Assembly: GCA_048939245.1 (NCBI GenBank)
Contig: JBHLPR010000051.1
Span: forward strand, 1-15,679
Length of the DNA stretch: 15,679 nt
Reading direction: 5' to 3'
DNA from: Promethearchaeota archaeon
GTDB taxonomy: Archaea; Asgardarchaeota; Hermodarchaeia; Hermodarchaeales; Hermodarchaeaceae
The notes under the pieces are model-generated. The model saw only the letters and a list, made by a program, of their open reading frames with translations, searched no databases and was not told the origin of the DNA. Positions 7,191 through 13,936 of the stretch are shown piece by piece. A program made the translations under genes and the position numbers. Position 1 is the stretch's first letter. Every line of letters begins with the position of its first letter.

Positions 7191-8420
7191 CCATAATATT
7201 GACCGCGGCATTTTGATCCCGATCAAAGGGGGTTCCACAATCGCATTGGATAATGCGCTCTGATAAGGGTCGATTACGAATTTTGCCACAGACACAACAT
7301 GTCTTCGTAGTATAGCTTTCGTCAATTCTCACTACTCTTTTCCCTACACACTTTGCTTTGTAGGTTAAGAATTCGACGAACCTTCCTAAAAACCCAGTAT
7401 TGTGAATGGAATGATTCAAGGTTCTCATTGATTTCAATCTTCGTGAATTAATCACGGGTTTTTCCTTTCTTGCCATTTTCTTAATTTTTATTCTACCGAG
7501 AACTATAGTATTAGCCCGTGTATTTTCAACCACACACTTTGAGATTTTGTGTTGAAAATCACGTAGCTGATTATTCATTTTTCCTTGCATTTTCTTTATT
7601 TTTGCATCATATCTCGACCATTTATTGCTAGAACGTCTACAATGGTCACGTTTTGATTGTACTTCACTAATTCTCTTTTTCCAGTATAGATCTGCACGGC
7701 GATTTCGTATTTGGATAAATTTACCATGTATGTTGACCGCTGTAATCAGATTTTTAATACCCAAGTCTATGGCTTGATACAATCCATTATCTTCGAAGCT
7801 GGGAATATCCTTCATGAAAATGATAGCAACAAACCACCGGCGAAACCGATCCTGGAATAGCTCGACTTGTCTTATTCTCATGATCATTGGTGGGAACCAA
7901 GGCAGACGAAATTTTAATTTAACTTTTGATGGATGGCGATGAGAAAAACAAATCGTCTTCTCATCTGTATCAATAGTAAATCCAGATTGGTTGTAGCACA
8001 AAGTATTGAAGTATTGCTTGCCTTTGAAACGTGGAGGTCTTGCTCGCGTGTCACCTTTATTCCATTGAGCAAAGAAGGACTTGTAATCGGCATCCAAGCG
8101 ACGCAATACCATTTGTAGGACTTTAGAGTAGACCCATGTATATTCAGGGTATTTCTTTTTGAGACCAGGCAAGTCATTCTGTTGCTTGGTATATGTTATG
8201 TAATGTCGTTCAACTTTTGGCTTTATTCGATTTATTTCCCATTGTTGCCTTCGTTCAGCTAAAGCAAAGTTGTAGAGAAGTCGGCATTTCTCAGATAAAT
8301 CCCATAATACCTGCACTTGTTTGGCTGTGGGTTTTATGCGAATCTTTCGTGTCAGTATCACTGTATTCATTCTAACGATAAGGATGCCATCTCTATTCTT
8401 CAATTTATAGGGGAGAGGTG
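7046..8420 (-). mobile_element. IS200/IS605-family TnpB-only (IS1341-like) element; left end not defined
   Basis: tnpB is followed by a subterminal hairpin and ...GGGGTAGTTCAC, the typical right-end pattern, ending at 7046. No tnpA is adjacent. The 8420 boundary is approximate. Confidence 0.75.
7057..8370 (-). CDS. tnpB: RNA-guided endonuclease TnpB
   Basis: N-terminal KIRIKPTAKQ...CRLLYNFAL, RPPRFKGK, RuvC-I AIDLG, Zn finger CCVCG...CDCG and RuvC-III DRDQNAAVNI. The ATG at 8370 is preferred over the TTG at 8454. Confidence 0.93.
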   Translation of the reverse strand: MNTVILTRKIRIKPTAKQVQVLWDLSEKCRLLYNFALAERRQQWEINRIKPKVERHYITYTKQQNDLPGLKKKYPEYTWVYSKVLQMVLRRLDADYKSFFAQWNKGDTRARPPRFKGKQYFNTLCYNQSGFTIDTDEKTICFSHRHPSKVKLKFRLPWFPPMIMRIRQVELFQDRFRRWFVAIIFMKDIPSFEDNGLYQAIDLGIKNLITAVNIHGKFIQIRNRRADLYWKKRISEVQSKRDHCRRSSNKWSRYDAKIKKMQGKMNNQLRDFQHKISKCVVENTRANTIVLGRIKIKKMARKEKPVINSRRLKSMRTLNHSIHNTGFLGRFVEFLTYKAKCVGKRVVRIDESYTTKTCCVCGKIRNRPLSERIIQCDCGTPFDRDQNAAVNIMVRFLLQQSPVNGEPLRDFLDGLHRNTALHQFPGVADSMKTSVHV

Positions 8421-8519
8421 CTGATAAATTACTTAATTGAGAAGCTATATGCAATCGGCAAATAATTAAATGTCTGCGGTGAGTAAACTTGATTGAGAGC
8501 TTCGGGGGTTATTCTAACC

Positions 8520-9056
8520 GTGTCCTCTGAACCACCTAAATACGCTATCGAAATTGAAGCCATCAAAACGCCCAAAGGCTTAGTGCCTACAGTTGAGTCC
8601 CTGAAGCGCATTGTGAAAGGGCTGAACTTACTCGACTCAGACCTTGGACGGATGAATCTAAAGATGGAGGCTAATATTCGCGCCCTCCTCCGGGAGGTCA
8701 AGACACTTCAGAAGCTGGTAGCTGATGATACCATCGCTTCCGAGTCTTCGGTAGAACGGCTCGGAGTTCTTGTCGATCGATTCGAGAACTTTGAAAAAAC
8801 TATAGACAAAGTCACGAAAAAGCAACCTGAGTCGAGTTCGAAAGAACTTCGAGAACTTCAAAAAGAACTCGTTCCCACTTTAACCCACGCGGTTCAACGG
8901 CTTGAAGAAATGGTAGCATTATTTGAAACACGCTTTGCAGAATTCCTTCGTGAATTACAAAGCAACATTCTCGTTACTGTCCGACAAGCTGTCAAAGACT
9001 CCCCTCCTAAACAGAAGACATCCACAAAGCGAAAAACTAAGAGTAGTTCAACATGA
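8520..9056 (+). CDS. Uncharacterised coiled-coil protein heading the ESCRT-I/II operon
   Basis: Long heptad-rich helices and a Lys/Ser/Thr-rich tail. The GTG at 8520 with an upstream GGGGTT is preferred over the TTG at 8493. No family recognised. Confidence 0.7.
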   Translation: MSSEPPKYAIEIEAIKTPKGLVPTVESLKRIVKGLNLLDSDLGRMNLKMEANIRALLREVKTLQKLVADDTIASESSVERLGVLVDRFENFEKTIDKVTKKQPESSSKELRELQKELVPTLTHAVQRLEEMVALFETRFAEFLRELQSNILVTVRQAVKDSPPKQKTSTKRKTKSSST

Positions 9057-9141
9057 CTGCCCCTGACAGGTTCCAGTTGCCAAAGATTAAATGTCCGCTC
9101 TCACTAGCAGGATTCGAATAAAGATATCATGGTGTGTTTCA

Positions 9142-9897
9142 ATGGCACAGGCTGTTAGAAGTCAACAAGAATTAGCGATTGCTCGTGAAGCGCAACTTAT
9201 GTACCGACGTGCGCCCACATTCACCCCCGTAGAGTCTAATCTCCGTCGATGGCGAGGAAAGATCAAAGGCGGGACACGAACTAAGCAAGAATTTCTTGTA
9301 GAGATCATAGTGCCTCCCAACTTTCCAGCTCAACCGCCAGTTGCACGAATGCTTACGCCAACAAAACATCCTCGGGTTGACTCGGAGTCAGGTGCTATTC
9401 ATCTTCGAATAGTCACCCAATGGCAACCTCATTATCACGTCTACCAGGTGGTTAATAGCATCAAAGGTCTTTTCGCCCGTGAGCCTCCTGTGCCAGATGT
9501 AACCCGAGATGCCCCGAAAGTTGAAATGCCTCAGAAGGAGGAAGTTCTTCAGCAACGTTATCAACAACTTGAACGTGAGGTTTCACGATTAACCAAGAAG
9601 GTTCAAGAACGCGACGAACGTCTCGCTAGGATGGCTGCTCAAATAGATACGGGGTCCATTACGGCTGGTGAAGTCACCGACGAAGATGAGCTTGACGAGC
9701 TTATCCTTCCTGCCGATGCAAAGGAAAGAGAGAAGCTTGAACTTGAAAGCGAAAAGCTCGCTATATCAGATCTTTTGCAGAATCTCGAACAAAAATTTGA
9801 CTCCGCTGAGATTACTTCAACCGAATATACAAAACTCTACAAACGATACAAGAAACGACTCTACCAAATTGACAAAGCCCTCGAGAAATACGTCTAA
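9142..9897 (+). CDS. vps23: ESCRT-I Vps23/TSG101-like protein (UEV + coiled coil + steadiness box)
   Basis: UBC fold with HPN changed to HPR and the catalytic Cys replaced (GAIHL), a short Pro-rich linker, a coiled coil (LQQRYQQLEREVSRL), and a C-terminal helical hairpin LLQNLEQKFDSAEITSTEYTKLYKRY like the Vps23/37 core. ATG at 9142 with GGTG RBS; the ORF track starts at 9091. Confidence 0.85.
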   Translation: MAQAVRSQQELAIAREAQLMYRRAPTFTPVESNLRRWRGKIKGGTRTKQEFLVEIIVPPNFPAQPPVARMLTPTKHPRVDSESGAIHLRIVTQWQPHYHVYQVVNSIKGLFAREPPVPDVTRDAPKVEMPQKEEVLQQRYQQLEREVSRLTKKVQERDERLARMAAQIDTGSITAGEVTDEDELDELILPADAKEREKLELESEKLAISDLLQNLEQKFDSAEITSTEYTKLYKRYKKRLYQIDKALEKYV

Positions 9898-9923
9898 CCT
9901 AATCTAGTTCAGAGGCGAATGCT

Positions 9924-10571
9924 ATGGCCATGCGTGAGAAAAAACGACCCAAAAAAGTGAAGGTTGTCGAACTAGAAGCTGAATTGTATGGTACGATAGC
10001 AACCCTTGACAGTATTGCAGAAAAATTCGACGAGGGAGATTTACAACCCGCGCTCTATAAGCGACAATTTAAATCACTGGTTAGCGACACCATCAAAACC
10101 CGACAACTACTTGAGGCAGAAGGTGAAAGTTGGGACGAATTTGTGGAAGAGGAAAATATCACCGAACGGTTTCCTACTGCTGTGGAAAAACTTCAACTTG
10201 GTGAACGCGCCCCTGAAGGCGAGGAAACCGTTGAACTTGCACCCCAAACCTCAGCACGAATGGCTGCGAAAACTGCCGATATTGTCTCAGATCTAATCAC
10301 ACTTATTGATATTGCCAAACTCGGCGACGTAGCAAAAATGAGCTTAATCGTACCTCTCTTGGATGACGCCATCATCCTCTTGACTAAGTATCCTAACTTC
10401 CCACCTGAATATTGGATATTGGTTGCGCTCAAAGATTGGCGAAATCAGCTCCAAGGAAGAGATCCGCACGAGACACTTAATAGCGAAGAATCTAAACAAC
10501 TCGAATTTCAGGCTGTTCGCTGGCTAAATGACTTTAAGCGACGACTCCGAGAGATGGCAGCTGATGAATGA
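9924..10571 (+). CDS. vps28: ESCRT-I subunit Vps28
   Basis: N-terminal AELYGTIATLDSIAEKF...Y...F..L and C-terminal four-helix bundle ADIVSDLITLIDIAKL...LIVPLL...W...L...ETLNSEESKQLEFQ match Vps28 (AELysIi.tld.lEkay; A.....FIT.MDALKL...lhPLL; dtL.e.q.RqllFd). Confidence 0.9.
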   Translation: MAMREKKRPKKVKVVELEAELYGTIATLDSIAEKFDEGDLQPALYKRQFKSLVSDTIKTRQLLEAEGESWDEFVEEENITERFPTAVEKLQLGERAPEGEETVELAPQTSARMAAKTADIVSDLITLIDIAKLGDVAKMSLIVPLLDDAIILLTKYPNFPPEYWILVALKDWRNQLQGRDPHETLNSEESKQLEFQAVRWLNDFKRRLREMAADE

Positions 10572-10590
10572 ATGTTGAGGCAGAAAGCTG

Positions 10591-10884
10591 ATGGTACACC
10601 CAATGCGTTCCTTTGCCGAAATGCGCGAACGGTTGGTGAACGCTATCAACAAAGCTAATCTGCGTATCAACGCGGAGTACATCCTTGAAGATTTAGATGT
10701 GGTCGCAGCCTTTGCTGAAGCCATGCTTGGCTTTGATCACCCTGTAACACAGGAAGCCCAGGAATGGTATGAATACTTCTGGGCAAAATATGGAAATAAT
10801 CTAACCCAACATGTAGAGGAAGTAGAGGCGCGACGCTTTGCGATGCGCGCTGAAACCTGGCTCAATTATATTCGACAAATATGA
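10591..10884 (+). CDS. Small helical protein, probable stand-alone Vps28 C-terminal-domain paralog
   Basis: 97 aa with a GAGG RBS and an ATGA overlap with vps22. Aligns by eye over its whole length to the C-terminal domain of the adjacent Vps28 (see findings). Confidence 0.6.
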   Translation: MVHPMRSFAEMRERLVNAINKANLRINAEYILEDLDVVAAFAEAMLGFDHPVTQEAQEWYEYFWAKYGNNLTQHVEEVEARRFAMRAETWLNYIRQI

Positions 10885-11633
10885 GGAGGAAGAATCTCTT
10901 GGGACTTTGGGAAATCGAAAAGCAAATGGAAATGGATGCAGCGTACAAAAAGAAACGTGTCGAGTTAATGCTCAAGGAATTAGAACATATGCTTCAAAGC
11001 ATTTCTGAACTTCGAGATAAAGCAGATGTCTTTGAGGAGACTTATGGCGAGGTTATCGAGGTCTCGCCGGAATATAGTGAAAAAGCTGCCACAATTGCCC
11101 ATGAGTTAGGGATCACTATGCCGGGCATTCCATTTTCCGAAGATATGAAAGAAAAACCCGGATTAATGGAACGTCTCACTGGTCGAGGACGTTTCTACGA
11201 TGAATTAGGATTACAAATCCTTGACATCGCCAAACGACGTCGAGACGCTACCGGTGGCATCATGACCTTAGCAGAAATAGTACTGATTGTCAATAAACAA
11301 CGTCGGTCAAGTGTTTCCCAAGTCAATGTAGCCAAAGCTATCCAGAATTTGGCCAATGCTAAATTAATACCAGGAATTCGAAAACTTCCTTCAGGAATCC
11401 GAATCGTAGAACTCATTCCACGAGAATTAACAAATGATCAGGTTGCTGTTCTCTCCATTGCAAGTCGGTCCGGATATACCACCCTCGAAGAAGTTATGAA
11501 CAAAACCAAATGGAACCAAGAAAGAGCTGACGCCGCTCTCCAAAGCCTTGAAGCCGTCGGAGCTGCAAAGATCGATAAATCCTTTGTTCACGGTAAACGC
11601 TATTTCTTCCCCGGTCTAAACCCCACAGACTGA
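10881..11633 (+). CDS. vps22: ESCRT-II subunit Vps22/SNF8 (EAP30 family)
   Basis: FYDELGLQILDI....RDATGGIMTL, SVS..NV.KAI..L, IPRELTNDQVAVLSIA..SGYTT, W..ERA..AL..L...G...ID and YFFP all match Snf8/Vps22. The N-terminal MRRK..G basic helix also resembles SNF8. Confidence 0.92.
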   Translation: MRRKNLLGLWEIEKQMEMDAAYKKKRVELMLKELEHMLQSISELRDKADVFEETYGEVIEVSPEYSEKAATIAHELGITMPGIPFSEDMKEKPGLMERLTGRGRFYDELGLQILDIAKRRRDATGGIMTLAEIVLIVNKQRRSSVSQVNVAKAIQNLANAKLIPGIRKLPSGIRIVELIPRELTNDQVAVLSIASRSGYTTLEEVMNKTKWNQERADAALQSLEAVGAAKIDKSFVHGKRYFFPGLNPTD

Positions 11634-11650
11634 ACGCACCCAAGAACGAC

Positions 11651-12379
11651 TTAAATCAGCACCTCAACTACTTCTCGTTCTCGATCCAGCCATTTTGCCT
11701 GGTTTCTACTCACTAAACATTCAAGAATAATGCGCAGTTCAGATTTTGGTAAGGTCGCCAAGTCCTTACGATACTCTTTCAATTTGAACAGAGTGAATGT
11801 GGTTCGACCAGTCTTCAAAGCCCATTGACGAATTTCGTTCGCCCATTCATCATCAGTTTTCCATGTAATCCGAATAATTCCTTCGGCTTCATCAATCCAA
11901 CGACCCAGCTCTTCCTTAACAAGAACCCCAAGAATGATTTTCACCGCTTGTATGCGGTCTGGACGAAGATCATTGAACGGATCTAACATTACCAGTGTCC
12001 GTGTCGACACAATGTGCAATAGCATCTCTCGGCAATAATCAACGGTAAAACCTGCCCATTCGGCTCCCCATTGTTCGATATCAGCTTCCGAAGTTGGAAT
12101 GACAAACATAAAGCCATATCGGCCGCGTTTGGCAATCCAGACGAATCGTCGGCCAAGTTTCGCAATTGCTTTACGGGCTAATTCCTCGAGCTCTTTCTCT
12201 TCTTCTTCGGTCACAGGCATAACAAAAACAGCGGCGTCATCTTCTTGCTCAACGCTAGCCATCTGTTCGCGTGTCTTCTTCAGGAGGTCCAACCACTCTT
12301 CTTCAGTAAGCTCGATATCAGCTCGTAATTCATCTTTCTCCTTCGGTTTGGACCGTTCCCTAGGCTTTTCCTTCGACAC
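11651..12379 (-). CDS. vps25: ESCRT-II subunit Vps25 with acidic N-terminal extension
   Basis: EW..F..DYCR, PFN, IL..LV....GRWID....I.ITWKTDDEWANEIRQWA..TG...FTLFKL and IL..LV...QA match the tandem winged helices of Vps25. GTG start 10 nt after the vps4 stop. Confidence 0.85.
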   Translation of the reverse strand: MSKEKPRERSKPKEKDELRADIELTEEEWLDLLKKTREQMASVEQEDDAAVFVMPVTEEEEKELEELARKAIAKLGRRFVWIAKRGRYGFMFVIPTSEADIEQWGAEWAGFTVDYCREMLLHIVSTRTLVMLDPFNDLRPDRIQAVKIILGVLVKEELGRWIDEAEGIIRITWKTDDEWANEIRQWALKTGRTTFTLFKLKEYRKDLATLPKSELRIILECLVSRNQAKWLDREREVVEVLI

Positions 12380-12389
12380 GTTCTATCCC

Positions 12390-13547
12390 CTATGAACCAT
12401 GCGTGTTATCCCATTCAATATATCTCGCCTGCTCTTCAGGTGAAACCACCGACCGGATATTCTTAAGGGCATCAAGAAAATCTTGAAGATTCACTGGACG
12501 CGCCATAACCTCCTTATCACGAATAGCCCCTGATGCATCCATTTCCCGGATGGGTTGCAGCGATGCTTCACGGCAGATAAGCGCAATATCTGAGCCTGCA
12601 TATTCATCTGTTTTTTCACCGAGTATGTTAAAATCTACATCTGGAGCTAAATCAATCCCCTTCGTATGAATTTCAAAGATGCGAACGCGCGCTTCGAATT
12701 CTGGAATAGGCACCAAGATTCGTCGTTCAAATCGACGTCGGAATGCGGCATCAAGATCCCAAGGACGATTTGTTGCCCCTAATACGACAATATGGTCGCC
12801 CTTCTTGCTCTTCATTCCATCCATTTCGATCAAAAACTGGGTTTTAAGACGGCGTTCGCCACCCACCTGATCGGCACCTCTTTCAGCAGTGAGTGCGTCA
12901 ACCTCGTCCATAAACACAATAGCCGGTTGCTCCTTTCGGGCAGATGTAAAGAGGTTTTTGACTAACCGCTCGGATTCGCCTAACCATTTAGACACTAGCG
13001 ATGCTGCATCTGCGTTGAAGAAGGTGCATCCGACCTCATTCGCCACCGCCTTGGCAATCAGAGTCTTGCCACATCCCGGTGGGCCAAAGAGCAATACACC
13101 CTTCCAGGGACGCCGAGCTCCGGTAAACAAGTCAGGGCGGAGCAAGGGTAGAATCACTGATTCACGAAGCGCTTGTTTTGCCTCTTCAAGATCTGCTACA
13201 TCTTCCCATTTGACATCGGGTTTTTCTTTGATGATCATGCTATCGATGTCTTCCTGTAACTCCTTATCTTCTTGGTCTTCAATCTCTACTCCCTCAAAAT
13301 CGGGAGCCGGGCCCCGGGCAGGAATCTTAGCACTCCGCAGGGTCTTCGCTCGTGCTACATACTGATCCGCGCGCTCTAAGGCGATACGACGGAGTTGCGG
13401 GTTCTTGGACACTTTCATGACCCGCACAAGAATATCAGCGGCTTCGATGTACTTGGACATCGCTGCGGACCGCTTCCCTTGCTGATCTAAGACTAAGGCT
13501 TCATTGGCTTTTGTTTCTGCAAGCTGAAACATCGCTGAGCTGGTCAA
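12390..13547 (-). CDS. vps4: Vps4 AAA+ ATPase (MIT + AAA)
   Basis: MIT domain (A...A...D..G....A...Y..A...L...Y..RA..L), KPDVKWEDVA.LE.AK.ALRE.VILP, RPWKGVLLFGPPGCGKT, LVSKWLGESE, MDEVD, ATNRPWDLD.A.RRRFERRI, and a C-terminal W...HGS. TTG start, with an alternative ATG at 13532. Confidence 0.95.
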   Translation of the reverse strand: MTSSAMFQLAETKANEALVLDQQGKRSAAMSKYIEAADILVRVMKVSKNPQLRRIALERADQYVARAKTLRSAKIPARGPAPDFEGVEIEDQEDKELQEDIDSMIIKEKPDVKWEDVADLEEAKQALRESVILPLLRPDLFTGARRPWKGVLLFGPPGCGKTLIAKAVANEVGCTFFNADAASLVSKWLGESERLVKNLFTSARKEQPAIVFMDEVDALTAERGADQVGGERRLKTQFLIEMDGMKSKKGDHIVVLGATNRPWDLDAAFRRRFERRILVPIPEFEARVRIFEIHTKGIDLAPDVDFNILGEKTDEYAGSDIALICREASLQPIREMDASGAIRDKEVMARPVNLQDFLDALKNIRSVVSPEEQARYIEWDNTHGS

Positions 13548-13596
13548 TTCCTATCAACCTATTATGAACACTTATCTAATCTCTGGAAAACGCCTT

Positions 13597-13604
13597 CTTA
13601 AATA
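13597..13604 (-). promoter_or_regulatory. Putative TATA box of vps4-vps25 (TATTTAAG)
   Basis: TATA-like box about 50 nt upstream of the vps4 start. Confidence 0.4.
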
Positions 13605-13726
13605 TGGTCTACTCCACAAAACTCGATAGCCTCCCATCATCAAATCCCAATAGCTTAGAAAGAAAAGGGATATCAAACTAAAGTGTTGATTTAAACTTAA
13701 AGGGTGTATTGTGTGGAAAAGCCCGC

Positions 13727-13921
13727 TTAAGTGCCGTCCTCGCTGTCTATCTTGTTCTTCTTCCACCATCTGTTTCGATAATTTAAGTACACCCATCCAA
13801 CTGCCGTAGATATAATCGCAATGGGAACTACATGCCAGTAGAACCGAAAGCTCCATAACAAGACTGCTATACAAATGGCGGTGACATACAACGCAATGGC
13901 AACGAAATCTTGTTTTAACAT
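13727..13921 (-). CDS. Small two-helix membrane protein
   Basis: 64 aa with two hydrophobic segments and a basic-then-acidic tail. Strong RBS AAGGTGAG; starts 15 nt after the upstream stop. Confidence 0.65.
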   Translation of the reverse strand: MLKQDFVAIALYVTAICIAVLLWSFRFYWHVVPIAIISTAVGWVYLNYRNRWWKKNKIDSEDGT

Positions 13922-13936
13922 TTGCTCACCTTACTA

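Noticed and set aside
7495-7497. TnpB as a nuclease-dead (TldR-like) regulator because the RuvC-II Glu is missing
   Set aside because: Both Asp residues are intact and a compensating Glu (DESYT) is present, matching the known rearranged active site.
8529-8543. PPKY as a PPxY late-domain motif
   Set aside because: A four-residue match can easily occur by chance, and no WW/HECT partner is in the window.
8520-9056. ESCRT-III (Snf7) identity for the coiled-coil protein
   Set aside because: It lacks the basic-N/acidic-C polarity of Snf7 proteins (its tail is basic) and has no recognisable Snf7 or MIM motifs.
9142-9897. Second active E2 enzyme
   Set aside because: The catalytic Cys and the HPN Asn are absent; the architecture is UEV, coiled coil and steadiness box.
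10560-10600. Read-through or frameshift fusing Vps28 to the 97-aa ORF
   Set aside because: The ORFs are in different frames, there is no slippery sequence, and the small ORF has its own RBS and ATG.
12099-13874. ORFs 12099-12395, 12679-12870, 12889-13365 (+) and 13572-13874 (-)
   Set aside because: Antisense shadows of vps25/vps4, or an alternative frame of the small membrane gene, which has the better RBS.
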